DNA from: an uncultured Candidatus Saccharibacteria bacterium
Lineage (GTDB): Bacteria; Patescibacteriota; Saccharimonadia; Saccharimonadales; CAIOMD01
Length of the DNA: 64,000 bases
Assembly: GCA_964566135.1 (NCBI GenBank)
Contig: CAZMHM010000004.1
Location: 12,596 to 76,595 of the forward strand
Reading direction: 5' to 3'
Shown: positions 8,877 through 18,990 of the stretch, one piece after another
How the letters are laid out: every line of letters begins with the position of its first letter
Numbering within the stretch: the first letter of the stretch is position 1
Translations under genes and position numbers: made by a program
Notes under the pieces: model-generated
Told to the model about the DNA's origin: nothing
The model's input: the letters and a program-made list of their open reading frames with translations, nothing else
Databases searched by the model: none

Positions 8877-10709
8877 ATGAGTCCAAAGCATATGCGTATA
8901 TCAGACAAACTAGTCGAAGAACTGCTTACCAAAACCAAGAAAGTTACTCCCGAACAGCTAACCGCCCTTAAGGAGCAAGAGCAGAACGAGAAGAAGCCAC
9001 TACAGGACGTAGTGATTGCTGCTAATGTCGTAAGCGAGAAAGACTTGACGCAAGCATTTGCCGAAGCAATCGATATTCCGTTTGTCGAAATAAATGTTAA
9101 AGAAATTCCTCGTGAAATTTTGCACCTTATCCCCGAACGCATCGCTCGTCAGTACGATGTTGTTGCCTACGGCGCCGAGGAAGACGGTACCAAGTTACTT
9201 GCCATGGAAGATCCTGACGATATTCAGGCAATTAGCTTTTTGCAAAAACAACTTGGTAACGAGCTAAAGATTTTTATCGCAACCCGTACTAATATCTTGC
9301 AAGCTATCGACCAATACCGCGAAAACATTAGTAGTGAAATTACACAGGTTATATCAGCCGAAGAAGAGGCCCAGGGCCAAGAAGGCGACGAATTTAATGA
9401 AGAGGATTTAGCAGAGGACTCACCAATTGCACAAACCGTAAACCTCATTATCGAGGGTGGTATTAAATCTGGTGCGTCAGATATCCATATAGAACCCCGC
9501 GAGAATTACGTATCAATTCGGTATCGCATCGACGGTATTCTGCGCGAAGTAAACAAACTGCCTAAAAAAGTTCATGGGGCGCTTGTATCACGTATCAAGA
9601 TTCTATCGAATCTCAAGATAGACGAACGCCGTGCGCCACAAGATGGGCGCTTTAAGATTGGTATTAACAGCCTTGTCTATGCGCTGCGTGTGTCAACGCT
9701 ACCTATCACAGAGGGCGAAAAAGTGGTTATGCGTATCCTAAATGAATCATCAAAAGCCCTTACGCTCGAAGAACTTGGCTACTGGGGCCACTCGCTTCAG
9801 ACAATTAACCACGCAATCGCACAACCACACGGCATGACACTAGTTACCGGGCCAACGGGTTCTGGTAAGTCTACAAGCTTGTTTAGCGTTTTGAGTCTGC
9901 TTAATAACCCAAGTGTTAATATCTCCACAGTTGAAGATCCAGTTGAGTATAAGATTCCTGGTGCGAATCAAACGCAGGTAAACCCACAAGCGGGTATGAC
10001 ATTTGCTGCTGGTTTGCGTGCCCTTTTGCGCCAAGATCCAAACATTATTATGGTTGGTGAGATTCGCGATGGAGAAACCGCTGGGCTTGGTGTACAGGCG
10101 GCCCTAACAGGTCACCTTGTGTTCGCAACCCTTCACACAAACAACGCTGCAACATGTTTACCCCGTTTACTCGATATGGGCATTGAACCATTCCTTATTG
10201 CCAGTACCGTGCGAGCGGTCGTTGGCCAACGCCTTGTGCGACGATTGTGTCCGAATTGCCGCGAACCATATACACCTGACGCAACTATTGTTAAGAAAAT
10301 TGCGGATGCTTTTGGGATTAAAGATGGTTCGTTTATGAAATATGTCCATGATTTAGAGGCGCAAGCACTCGAGGGTGGTATCGGAGCCTCAACCTTACCA
10401 GATAAAGATCCGAAATCAACAGGTGTTTTATCCACTACCGACGCAAAGATTCAAAAACTTTGGAAAGCAAAAGAAGGCGGCTGTGACGAATGTAACCATA
10501 TTGGCTATCGTGGTCGCATGGGTATTTACGAAGTACTCGGTAACTCAACAGAAGTACAGAAACTTATTGTCAGTAACGCGACGAGTGACGTTATTCAGGC
10601 TCAGGCAGTGAAAGAAGGCATGGTTATCATGCAAATGGATGGGTTCATTAAGGCACTTCGTGGCCAAACAACAATCGAGGAAATTTTGCGCGTAACCGCA
10701 GAAGAATAA
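8877..10709 (+). CDS. pilB: Type IV pilus assembly ATPase PilB (GspE family)
   Basis: GspE N-terminal domain, GPTGSGKST Walker A, the Asp/His boxes and a CxxC...CxxC tetracysteine (CPNC...CDEC). Confidence 0.93.
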   Translation: MSPKHMRISDKLVEELLTKTKKVTPEQLTALKEQEQNEKKPLQDVVIAANVVSEKDLTQAFAEAIDIPFVEINVKEIPREILHLIPERIARQYDVVAYGAEEDGTKLLAMEDPDDIQAISFLQKQLGNELKIFIATRTNILQAIDQYRENISSEITQVISAEEEAQGQEGDEFNEEDLAEDSPIAQTVNLIIEGGIKSGASDIHIEPRENYVSIRYRIDGILREVNKLPKKVHGALVSRIKILSNLKIDERRAPQDGRFKIGINSLVYALRVSTLPITEGEKVVMRILNESSKALTLEELGYWGHSLQTINHAIAQPHGMTLVTGPTGSGKSTSLFSVLSLLNNPSVNISTVEDPVEYKIPGANQTQVNPQAGMTFAAGLRALLRQDPNIIMVGEIRDGETAGLGVQAALTGHLVFATLHTNNAATCLPRLLDMGIEPFLIASTVRAVVGQRLVRRLCPNCREPYTPDATIVKKIADAFGIKDGSFMKYVHDLEAQALEGGIGASTLPDKDPKSTGVLSTTDAKIQKLWKAKEGGCDECNHIGYRGRMGIYEVLGNSTEVQKLIVSNATSDVIQAQAVKEGMVIMQMDGFIKALRGQTTIEEILRVTAEE

Positions 10710-10711
10710 AT

Positions 10712-11923
10712 ATGTTATTTACGTATACAGCCGTCACGAAAGAAGGGAAATCCGTATCGGGTAGTGTTGAAGCCAGCTCGAAAGAAGCGCTCATTGAAAC
10801 ATTACACAAACAAGGCTTACGCCCATTAGTTGTTAAGCAAGGTTCTACAAAAAAAGGCTTTAGTATTGGTAAGCCTAAGGTAAAACTTAAAGACCTCGTT
10901 ATGTTTACGCGCCAGTTATCAACTATGATTTCAGCAGGCGTTCCTCTTACCCGTTCACTGTCTACCCTCGAGCAGCAGACGGATAACAAGTATTTCAAAA
11001 CAGTTATTGGCGGTATTACAAAAGATGTTGAAGGCGGTATGACAATTGGCGATTCGCTTGCAAAATATCCGAATGTTTTTTCTGAAGTTTACGTCAACAT
11101 GGTAAAGGCCGGAGAAGCTGGCGGTATCTTGGATGAAATCCTAAAACGACTTGCTTCGCAGGTCGAGCAAGAATCAAGCATGCGCAAAAAGATTAAGAGC
11201 GCCATGACCTATCCCGTCGTTATTGGCACAATCGCAGTTATCGCATTCTTTGGCTTGATGATTTTTGTGATGCCAAAAATGGGCAAAATTATCAAAGACC
11301 TCGGTGGCCCTAATGCTAAATTGCCAATCTATTCTCAATTCTTATTAGATTTGAGCGGGTATATGCAAAAATATGCTGTCTTTATTATTATCGGCATGGC
11401 AGTAGCGATATTCTTTACAAGACGCTATATCAAAACACCTAAGGGAAAATATAAGTTCCATGCCTTGATGCTACGTACGCCTATTATTAAAGATATTCTT
11501 ATTAAGATTGCTGTTGCACGCTTTGCTCGTACTTTTGCATCACTTATGTCAGCAGGTGTAAGCGTGCTTGATGCGTTACAGGTTACCGGTGGCGCGATTG
11601 GTAATAAAGTACTCGAAAAAGAACTACAAGAAGCATCAAAAGAGGTTAAGAACGGTAAGCCTCTATCCGAGCCTATGGCAGCAAGTAAATATTTCCCTCC
11701 GATTGTTGGCCAAATGCTTGCCGTTGGTGAAGAAACCGGACAAGTTGATACTATCCTTATTAAGATTGCAGACTTTTACGAAGAAGAAGTAACAACGGTT
11801 ATTGATGGCCTTAGCTCTATTATTGAGCCGGTAATGATTATTGTTATTGGCGCAATGGTTGGTGTTATCGCCGCTAGTGTTATGGGACCAATCTCATCAC
11901 TCAGTAAAAATATCGGTGGATAA
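10712..11923 (+). CDS. pilC: Type IV pilus platform protein PilC (GspF family)
   Basis: Two GspF repeats with 3 TM segments. It starts 3 nt after pilB. Confidence 0.92.
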   Translation: MLFTYTAVTKEGKSVSGSVEASSKEALIETLHKQGLRPLVVKQGSTKKGFSIGKPKVKLKDLVMFTRQLSTMISAGVPLTRSLSTLEQQTDNKYFKTVIGGITKDVEGGMTIGDSLAKYPNVFSEVYVNMVKAGEAGGILDEILKRLASQVEQESSMRKKIKSAMTYPVVIGTIAVIAFFGLMIFVMPKMGKIIKDLGGPNAKLPIYSQFLLDLSGYMQKYAVFIIIGMAVAIFFTRRYIKTPKGKYKFHALMLRTPIIKDILIKIAVARFARTFASLMSAGVSVLDALQVTGGAIGNKVLEKELQEASKEVKNGKPLSEPMAASKYFPPIVGQMLAVGEETGQVDTILIKIADFYEEEVTTVIDGLSSIIEPVMIIVIGAMVGVIAASVMGPISSLSKNIGG

Positions 11924-11935
11924 GCAAAAAAACCT

Positions 11936-11963
11936 TTGACACTGCGTCGCTTATGCTTATAAT
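11936..11963 (+). promoter_or_regulatory. Near-consensus sigma70 promoter for the major pilin gene
   Basis: TTGACA (11936..11941), 16 nt, TATAAT (11958..11963). It is followed by a roughly 75-nt leader and AAGGAGG before ATG 12047. Confidence 0.55.
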
Positions 11964-12046
11964 CTAGTACTAGATACTTGTGTACCAGTTCATAGCTAGT
12001 ATGCATATCAAAGTAATAAATAAAACTTTAAGGAGGGTGGGTTTAA

Positions 12047-12517
12047 ATGATCTCACTAAAGTCAAAGCAATCAGGTTTTACAATCGTTGAATTGCTTATC
12101 GTAATTGTCGTTATCGGTATCCTAGCAACACTAGTTATCGTTACCTTCAGTGGCGTACAACAAAAAGCACGTGATACAAAGCGTGAAACAGACGTAAAAG
12201 CTCTAGCTAGCCAGCTTGAAGTTTACTACGCTAACAATGGTTCATACCCAGCACTCGGTGCTGCAGGTAGCAACAACGGCCTTGCAGACAATGCATGGGT
12301 TAGTGCTAACCTAAAGGGTCTTGATCTTGCTGGTCTTACTGCACCTAACGGTACAGGTAATACTATGAGCACAACCAAGAGCACAACAACATATCAATAC
12401 ATCGCTACACCTTCTGGCTGTACAACAGCAGCTAAAGACTGTACTGGTTTCACCATTACAGCACAACGTGAAGCAAGTGGTGCATCTGACATCGTTAAGT
12501 CAAACCTAAGCAACTAA
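12047..12517 (+). CDS. pilA: Type IV major pilin (PilA-like)
   Basis: Prepilin leader MISLKSKQSG|FTIVELLIVIVVIGILA. The gene has its own promoter and terminator. Confidence 0.9.
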   Translation: MISLKSKQSGFTIVELLIVIVVIGILATLVIVTFSGVQQKARDTKRETDVKALASQLEVYYANNGSYPALGAAGSNNGLADNAWVSANLKGLDLAGLTAPNGTGNTMSTTKSTTTYQYIATPSGCTTAAKDCTGFTITAQREASGASDIVKSNLSN

Positions 12518-12531
12518 TAACGCTTACGTTC

Positions 12532-12562
12532 AAAAAACACCCCCTAACGGGGGTGTTTTTTA
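12532..12562 (+). terminator. Rho-independent terminator after pilA
   Basis: ACACCCCC-TAAC-GGGGGTGT followed by TTTTTTAT. Confidence 0.8.
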
Positions 12563-12593
12563 TTTGATTAATAGTAATTTTCCATAAGCACTT

Positions 12594-12602
12594 TGCTATA
12601 AT
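12594..12602 (+). promoter_or_regulatory. Candidate extended -10 promoter (TGcTATAAT) for the minor-pilin operon
   Basis: TG at 12594..12595 and TATAAT at 12597..12602, 15 nt upstream of ATG 12617. No clear -35 element. Confidence 0.35.
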
Positions 12603-12616
12603 ATGGGTAGTTCATA

Positions 12617-14185
12617 ATGAAAAAACACAAGGCTTTGGGCGGGCAGGGATTTACGCTTACTGAGGTACTAATTGCCAACATTGTTTTTGCAATCGTTGCG
12701 CTTAGTTTTTTGGCGCTCTTTACTGCCCTTGTCACGAGCGCATCTATAGCAAAACGCAAAGCAGTCGCTCTTACTCTTGCAACAAATCAGATGGAGTATT
12801 TAAAGTCACTGCCTTACGATAACCTTGCCGTTAGCGGGGGTAGTATTTATAGTGCAAACCCCTTGCCCGCAAGCGTCACGAAAACGGTTAACAACTTTCC
12901 CTATACAATCAAAACTAGTATTTCATATGCCGATGATGCCTATGATGGCTGTGCATCTTATCCAAGCCAGACACTAAAGCAAAAATATTGTCGCAATTAC
13001 CCACCTCCTACGGGTGCACCAACTACCGACACTAACCCTCAAGATTATAAAGCGATAAACATACAGGTTGTTGGTTCGGGTAACTTAAAGCTTGCTGAAG
13101 TAGACACACAGGTTGGTGCGAGAGTTGCCGAAACTAATAGCACCACCGGTGCGATGTTTATTAGCGTTATCGACGATGCTGGCAATCCAGTATCAGGAGC
13201 AAGCGTGACACTTGTTAACGGGACAGTATCTCCAGCTGTAAATCTTGGTGACCAAACTGACAATAACGGCATTGCTATCTTCTACGGTCTACCCCCTGAT
13301 ACTACCAATTATGATTACGTAGCATCTGCAACCAAAACTGGCTACAGTAGCCTGTCAACAATCGCACCATCCGGTACATTGCAGCCTAATTATCCAAATC
13401 AGCAAATAATTACGCAGCAATCGTCGTTTGTGACACTTACTATCAAACCGATGGGGGCAAATAGCCTTGTCATCGAAACTACTGACACGTCGGGTAACCC
13501 ACTCGCCAATGTTAAAACGTACGTAAAGGGTGGTTATAAAAAATATAACGCAACAAGCGATGTCGCCTATTACTATGATAATTTTACCCCAGATACAAGA
13601 CCTACCACCGACGGTAGTGGTTTTACTGCAATCAACAATTTGGTACCGGGGCCATATATTTTCTGTGGCGAAACCGGTGCTTTAAACTGCAAAATCGGCA
13701 ACACGACATATTACCTCATTGCTGCCGTTCCGTATGGTGGCACAAATTCATTCAATCCAATCACCGTGCCGACTTATCTTGCAAGTGCGCCCCCGGCTGT
13801 GACATTTGCCTACAACAGCCTTAACTATTTGCAAAAGGTTCGCCTTATGCTCACTACCGATAGTTCATATCCAAGAATAAGTACACTATCACCAGACGAC
13901 GCAACAGCTAGTTCCGGAACGCTAAGCTCTTTTAGCTTCACGGTTACGGGGACTAATTTACCCTGTACTGCAAGTGGTTCCGGTTGCGGAACATCAATTC
14001 GCTTCATTCAGGGTTCAAATAATTACACCGCATCTTGCAAAGGCACAACTGGAACTCAAGTTAACTGCACGGTCGACTTAAGCGGCGCAAGCAATGGTAT
14101 GGCACAAATAAGTTTGAGCGTTAGCGGTAAAACTATTACCATCCCAGCCGGACAGCTTATTGGAGGCATAAATGTCGGACCTTAG
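12617..14185 (+). CDS. Large pilin-like protein (522 aa) with prepilin N-terminus and adhesin-type beta-sandwich domains
   Basis: GGQG|FTLTEVLIANIVFAIVAL prepilin motif. Two CarboxypepD_reg-like segments (ISVIDDAGNPVSGASVTLVNGT...TDNNGIAIF; IETTDTSGNPLANVKTYV...TDGSGFTAI). Possible IPT/Ig-like C-terminus. Confidence 0.8.
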   Translation: MKKHKALGGQGFTLTEVLIANIVFAIVALSFLALFTALVTSASIAKRKAVALTLATNQMEYLKSLPYDNLAVSGGSIYSANPLPASVTKTVNNFPYTIKTSISYADDAYDGCASYPSQTLKQKYCRNYPPPTGAPTTDTNPQDYKAINIQVVGSGNLKLAEVDTQVGARVAETNSTTGAMFISVIDDAGNPVSGASVTLVNGTVSPAVNLGDQTDNNGIAIFYGLPPDTTNYDYVASATKTGYSSLSTIAPSGTLQPNYPNQQIITQQSSFVTLTIKPMGANSLVIETTDTSGNPLANVKTYVKGGYKKYNATSDVAYYYDNFTPDTRPTTDGSGFTAINNLVPGPYIFCGETGALNCKIGNTTYYLIAAVPYGGTNSFNPITVPTYLASAPPAVTFAYNSLNYLQKVRLMLTTDSSYPRISTLSPDDATASSGTLSSFSFTVTGTNLPCTASGSGCGTSIRFIQGSNNYTASCKGTTGTQVNCTVDLSGASNGMAQISLSVSGKTITIPAGQLIGGINVGP

Positions 14186-14771
14186 TAAACGCCAGTCTGG
14201 GTTTACAATCGTTGAATTACTGATTGCGATGGCTGTTGCAGCTATCGTTGCAGTTGGTGTTTACTCATTTTTTGGGAGCTCTCTAAAAGAATATTTTAGG
14301 CTGCAGGAAGAAAGTCTAGCATTTGCGGATGTTGCAGCAAACTCACAAAGAATCGCGAGCGTACTCCGTGGTACAACTGACGTAACTGTTGCATCAAATA
14401 CAAGCATGACGATGTATTCGTATTTTTCACCTTATGATCAATATGTTTCGTTAATTAAATACTATCCCGACAATACGGGCACAAAATTATTAGCAGATGT
14501 AACCAGGATGACAGCCAATCCTCCGATTGGCACGCAAATATCAGGCAGCTTAAAAACCTTTACTATTATCGAGAATTTTTACGTACCGTCTGGCACCAAT
14601 ACCTTCGAGTACCTCGATTCTTCTGGCGGAACTCTTACGATGCCCATATCAGATTTAAAAACAATTAAAGGTGTTCGCATTAATTTGGCAGATAAGCCCG
14701 TCACGCCAAGCAGTCAAGTAACTAAAATGTCAGTCGAAGTTGGCCTACGTAACAGAAAGACAAACCTATGA
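14172..14771 (+). CDS. Minor pilin-like protein (PilW/PilV-like)
   Basis: RQSG|FTIVELLIAMAVAAIVAV prepilin motif. It overlaps the upstream gene by 14 nt. Confidence 0.8.
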   Translation: MSDLSKRQSGFTIVELLIAMAVAAIVAVGVYSFFGSSLKEYFRLQEESLAFADVAANSQRIASVLRGTTDVTVASNTSMTMYSYFSPYDQYVSLIKYYPDNTGTKLLADVTRMTANPPIGTQISGSLKTFTIIENFYVPSGTNTFEYLDSSGGTLTMPISDLKTIKGVRINLADKPVTPSSQVTKMSVEVGLRNRKTNL

Positions 14772-16345
14772 GAAAACTAAATAGCAAAGCTTTTATATTG
14801 CCAACACTACTTAGTATTATCATCGCGCTCAGTATCATTGTGGTGGCGGTCGCAGGAATCATTCAAGTTAATTTCAACAGCGTTAATAACAATAATCAAA
14901 GCCAGAAAGCATTCAATATCGCCGAGGCTGGGATTAATTATTATCTGTGGCACCTGAGCCATAATTCAACCGACTTCAAGGACGGTAAAACAACACCTGC
15001 TACGCCAGACGCTAATCTTGGGTACGGGCCTTACGTTCACTCATATACTGATGCAAACGCGGATACTACAGGGTCGTACACACTATGGATAAAGCCGCAG
15101 GGTAACGGCTCGACAATCGCCACCGTGCGTTCAATTGGCAAAGTTACTGGCAGTGATGTCACACGAACTGTCGAAGCAAAAGTTGGTGCTCCGTCGTTTG
15201 CAAGCTATGCCCTATTGTCTGATTCTCAATTTTGGTTCGGCAATACCGAAAGCGCCGACGGCCCTGTACATTCAAACCAAGGCATACGCATGGATGGTGC
15301 AAGCAACTCAGATATTACGAGTGCTAAAGCAACGTATGTACCTACATCACAGCTTGGCGGCAACGGTACAACATCTCAGCCCGGAGTATGGTGCAGCACG
15401 AGCGTGACAAGCCCGGTTAACTGTAATACACGTTCTAAAGTTGACTGGCGATATCCCGTTACTGCGATTGACTTTAATCAGATAAATACGAGTCTTTGTA
15501 CAATTAAAAAAGTTGCCTTTTCTTCTGACGCCTCAACATCTGCCCTAGCATCGAACGCAAACGCTTGCACCCAAGTACCGACTACTCGGACGGCAGCATA
15601 TTTGCCCCAAACAGCAACCAATGGAAGTTTTAGTGTCAGCAAGGGATATCTTATTCAACTTAATGCCAATGGTACCTACGATTTATCAAGAGTGACTGCC
15701 GAAAATGACACTCAAACAACCTACAGCTCCGCACTCACAACCCAAGCAGTTGCATCTGGCATTGCAATCCCAAGTTCTGGAGTCATCTTTGCTGAAGATA
15801 ACGTTTGGGTTCGTACCAACCCAACATTTTCTGGGCGCGTTACTATCGCAGCTGGTCGCCTTGCTACTACAAACAGTACCGACATTGTTATTGCTGACGA
15901 CGTCTTATACGGCTCAAAAACTGGTAGTGACTCAATTGGGCTTATCACAGAGGATTCCGTGATTGTTGCACCATATGCGATTCCACAAACCGGTAACTTT
16001 ACGTTTGAAATCGATGCAGCAGCACTCGCCCAAAGCGGCTCAGTAACCTATCCAGACAATTACAGAAGCAACGGCAACCCAACAAAAGGTTGGGTAAACA
16101 GTGGCCAGCAATTTGTATTTTATGGTTCAGTATCAACACGACAAACTTGGACCTGGAACTATCAATACTCCGGTAACCCCGGCGCAAATGCTACATATGA
16201 TTCAAGCACCGGAAAATATGTTTCGGGCGTGAAAAATACTTCAACGCAATACGATTACAATCTGCTTTACGCTCCACCTCCAAACTTTCCTATTACCAGT
16301 ACCTACAATATCCTTTCCTGGAGAGAGGTTTTAGTTAAGCCGTAA
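14768..16345 (+). CDS. Pilus-associated protein, PilX-like N-terminus (525 aa)
   Basis: An N-terminal hydrophobic helix followed by QKAFNIAEAGINYYLWHL (PilX_N-like), with no G-F-T-x-E cleavage motif. ATGA overlap with the upstream gene. Confidence 0.6.
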   Translation: MRKLNSKAFILPTLLSIIIALSIIVVAVAGIIQVNFNSVNNNNQSQKAFNIAEAGINYYLWHLSHNSTDFKDGKTTPATPDANLGYGPYVHSYTDANADTTGSYTLWIKPQGNGSTIATVRSIGKVTGSDVTRTVEAKVGAPSFASYALLSDSQFWFGNTESADGPVHSNQGIRMDGASNSDITSAKATYVPTSQLGGNGTTSQPGVWCSTSVTSPVNCNTRSKVDWRYPVTAIDFNQINTSLCTIKKVAFSSDASTSALASNANACTQVPTTRTAAYLPQTATNGSFSVSKGYLIQLNANGTYDLSRVTAENDTQTTYSSALTTQAVASGIAIPSSGVIFAEDNVWVRTNPTFSGRVTIAAGRLATTNSTDIVIADDVLYGSKTGSDSIGLITEDSVIVAPYAIPQTGNFTFEIDAAALAQSGSVTYPDNYRSNGNPTKGWVNSGQQFVFYGSVSTRQTWTWNYQYSGNPGANATYDSSTGKYVSGVKNTSTQYDYNLLYAPPPNFPITSTYNILSWREVLVKP

Positions 16346-16415
16346 TGAGTACCCTCAAGCGTAAATATGATATAGTAACAGGTAAGCATAAGCATAAAAA
16401 GCAGACGAAACATAC

Positions 16416-17480
16416 ATGAATACTGGCCTATTTTACAAAGATAAACCGTTGTTCGGCCTTGATATTGGCACGAGTAGTATTAAGGTTATGCAGATTGAAG
16501 GCCAGGGAAAAACAAAGTCTATCGTTGGCTACGGGGTAACAAACTATGATCAGGTTGCAATTAAGGACGGCGTAATCGAGAATGCAGAAATCCTTGCGAA
16601 GGCAACAAAAGAGCTATTTGAAAAGAGCTTGGTTGGCGAAATAACTACTCGTCGTGCCGCGCTCAGTATCCCCGTTGCCCGAACATACAACCGCGTTATG
16701 AATCTCCCCCCGATGAATCGTCGTGACCTTGACGAGGCTGTTAGGCTAGAAGCAGAACAGTACATCCCTGTACCTATCGATGATTTGTATATTGATTTTA
16801 GTATTACCGCCCAAACTAAAGAAGGTTTTGAGCTTTTAGCCGTAGCCGCACCCCGACGCATTGTCGACTCTTACCTTGCCTTTACCGAGCTACTTGGATT
16901 TGAGGTGTGCGTACTAGAAACAACTATTAGCGCATCCAGCCGACTTGTAGCACATTCTGAAAGTGACGACGTGCCGACCATTCTTATTGACTTTGGCTCG
17001 GTGTCTGTAGATATAACAATTTTTGATAAACAACTTATTGTTACTGGTACGGTGGCTGGTGGTGGCGACACATTCACCGAGCTAATCGCAAAAAAGTTAG
17101 ATGTTAGCTCGCAAGTAGCGCACACAATTAAGACTAAATATGGCTTGAGCGTCAGTAAAAAGCAAAAAGACATTCAAGACGCCCTACACCCTATCCTTGC
17201 ATCACTCACAAAAGAAATACGGAAAATGGTTCGCTACTATGACGAACGCACTGGCAGCGAGGGAAAGATTGGCCAAATTATTACTATGGGTGGCGGTGCA
17301 AATATGCCAGGATTATCTGAACACATTACGAGCGAGCTCCGCTTACCAACACGTATGTGTAACCCTTGGGCTAACTTAGATTTTGGCAAGTTACAGCCAC
17401 CAAGCTCAATTGAAAAATCAATGTACGTCACGGCTGCTGGACTTTCACTCGTAAATCCAAAGGGGATTTGGCATGATTAA
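16416..17480 (+). CDS. pilM: Type IV pilus assembly protein PilM (actin-like ATPase fold)
   Basis: FGLDIGTSSIKVMQ phosphate-1 motif, DFGSVSVDITIF, and the expected length and position. Confidence 0.9.
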   Translation: MNTGLFYKDKPLFGLDIGTSSIKVMQIEGQGKTKSIVGYGVTNYDQVAIKDGVIENAEILAKATKELFEKSLVGEITTRRAALSIPVARTYNRVMNLPPMNRRDLDEAVRLEAEQYIPVPIDDLYIDFSITAQTKEGFELLAVAAPRRIVDSYLAFTELLGFEVCVLETTISASSRLVAHSESDDVPTILIDFGSVSVDITIFDKQLIVTGTVAGGGDTFTELIAKKLDVSSQVAHTIKTKYGLSVSKKQKDIQDALHPILASLTKEIRKMVRYYDERTGSEGKIGQIITMGGGANMPGLSEHITSELRLPTRMCNPWANLDFGKLQPPSSIEKSMYVTAAGLSLVNPKGIWHD

Positions 17481-18072
17481 TTTACTCCCCCCTCAGGTAA
17501 AGCAAGAAATTACATATGGCCGCAGAAACTCAATTTTGCTCAGGTGGGTTATTGCAGTAACTCTTGTAATCGCAGGCATTGGCGTTATGACAGTCTTTGG
17601 TCTTTTCTATATCAATCAGAATGTCAGGGCACAACAGAAAGTTGCTAAAATTGCCCAACAACGTATTGACGGACAAAACCTGGAATCATCAAAAAACCAA
17701 TTAATTGATTTATCCGACAAAGTTAAAACAATTGTTAGCATCTTAAACAAGCAGCTATTATTTTCAAAAATGCTAACTACCGTCGGTGGCATCCTGCCAA
17801 ATGGTGCCGTACTGAGCGATATTAACCTCAGCACATCAGATTCTGGCATCGACTTAAGTATATCTGCACTCGACCGAGCGGCAGCAACACAAGCATTTGT
17901 GAATATTAATGACCCAAAAAATAATTTCTTCGATAAAGCCGATCTTGTATCAATCGTCTGCGAGAGCTCATCTGCCAAAAAGTATCCATGTACTGCGCAA
18001 GTACGTGGAACTTTAAAAAATAACTCGTCATTTTACTTCTTGAACTCCGTGACAACAGGGAGTACAAAATAA
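17473..18072 (+). CDS. pilN: PilN-like pilus assembly protein
   Basis: MINLLPPQVKQE, then a TM helix and a coiled coil. It overlaps pilM by 8 nt. Confidence 0.75.
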   Translation: MINLLPPQVKQEITYGRRNSILLRWVIAVTLVIAGIGVMTVFGLFYINQNVRAQQKVAKIAQQRIDGQNLESSKNQLIDLSDKVKTIVSILNKQLLFSKMLTTVGGILPNGAVLSDINLSTSDSGIDLSISALDRAAATQAFVNINDPKNNFFDKADLVSIVCESSSAKKYPCTAQVRGTLKNNSSFYFLNSVTTGSTK

Positions 18073-18701
18073 TGAACGCTAAAAAACTATATTTCACTAT
18101 GATAGCCCTACTCTGCGTGCTCATAGTTGGTGCCGGTGCAATGATTTACTTTGGCAATAGCTTCATGAAAAAGAAATCCAACTCACTCGTTGAAGCAAAA
18201 CTAGACAGCTATACTACTGAGCAAAAAGAAAAAACATACCTGCAAGCCCGTAAGGACTTAGAAAAGAATAAAGATTTAAACGATTTGGTTGCTAAAATTT
18301 TACCCAAAGAAAAAGATCAAGCAAAAGCTGTCAGCGAACTGTACAAGATTGCATCCGAATCTGGCATTACTATTGATAAGATCCAATTTCCAAGCTCGAC
18401 ACTTGGCCAGAAGGCCGTAGTTGCAACTGGTACATCAGCAACGCAGTCCTCTTCAACCCCAGCGGCAGCTGCGGCAGTTGTTACACAAGCAAAAGCAGTA
18501 GAGGGCTTAAAGAGCGTCATGGGTATAGATATTGATATTTATTCGGGTAAATCAATGAAATATGACAATATGATAACCTTTTTGCAAAAAATTGAACTTA
18601 ATCGTCGCAGCATGCAAGTAAAGAAAATTACCGTCACCCCTGACCTTGAGAAGAATGTATTATCATTTAATGTAACAGTAACTACGTTTGTAAAACCATG
18701 A
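18072..18701 (+). CDS. PilO-like pilus assembly protein
   Basis: N-terminal TM helix plus coiled coil. The call rests on its position after pilN and ATGA-type coupling on both sides. Confidence 0.55.
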   Translation: MNAKKLYFTMIALLCVLIVGAGAMIYFGNSFMKKKSNSLVEAKLDSYTTEQKEKTYLQARKDLEKNKDLNDLVAKILPKEKDQAKAVSELYKIASESGITIDKIQFPSSTLGQKAVVATGTSATQSSSTPAAAAAVVTQAKAVEGLKSVMGIDIDIYSGKSMKYDNMITFLQKIELNRRSMQVKKITVTPDLEKNVLSFNVTVTTFVKP

Positions 18702-18988
18702 AATTAGACGCCATAATAACCAAATTAACCCCAGCCAAAGATTTTATTGTTCGTTATGCGGTAATAATATTCGTCTTAAGTGTTGTTGCAATCTTTGCAT
18801 ATATGACACTTAACATCGCACACTTTGCCAACCTTGACCCAACCTCAAACCAGCTAGACGAAAAAACGAATAGCCTGACTGCGGTGAAGCTAGACGAAAA
18901 GTCGATTACTAAAATTAAGCAACTTCAAGATCAAAACATCAATATCGAATCGCTATTCGACAACGGTCGCGCTAATCCATTCCAGTAA
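18698..18988 (+). CDS. Small single-TM protein, last gene of the pilus operon
   Basis: TM helix YAVIIFVLSVVAIFAYM, translationally coupled. No recognisable family. Confidence 0.5.
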   Translation: MKLDAIITKLTPAKDFIVRYAVIIFVLSVVAIFAYMTLNIAHFANLDPTSNQLDEKTNSLTAVKLDEKSITKIKQLQDQNINIESLFDNGRANPFQ

Positions 18989-18990
18989 AC

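Noticed and set aside
12077-12093. 17-nt repeat TTTACAATCGTTGAATT shared with 14202..14218
   Set aside because: It encodes the conserved prepilin FTIVEL motif in two pilin genes. It is not a mobile or regulatory repeat.
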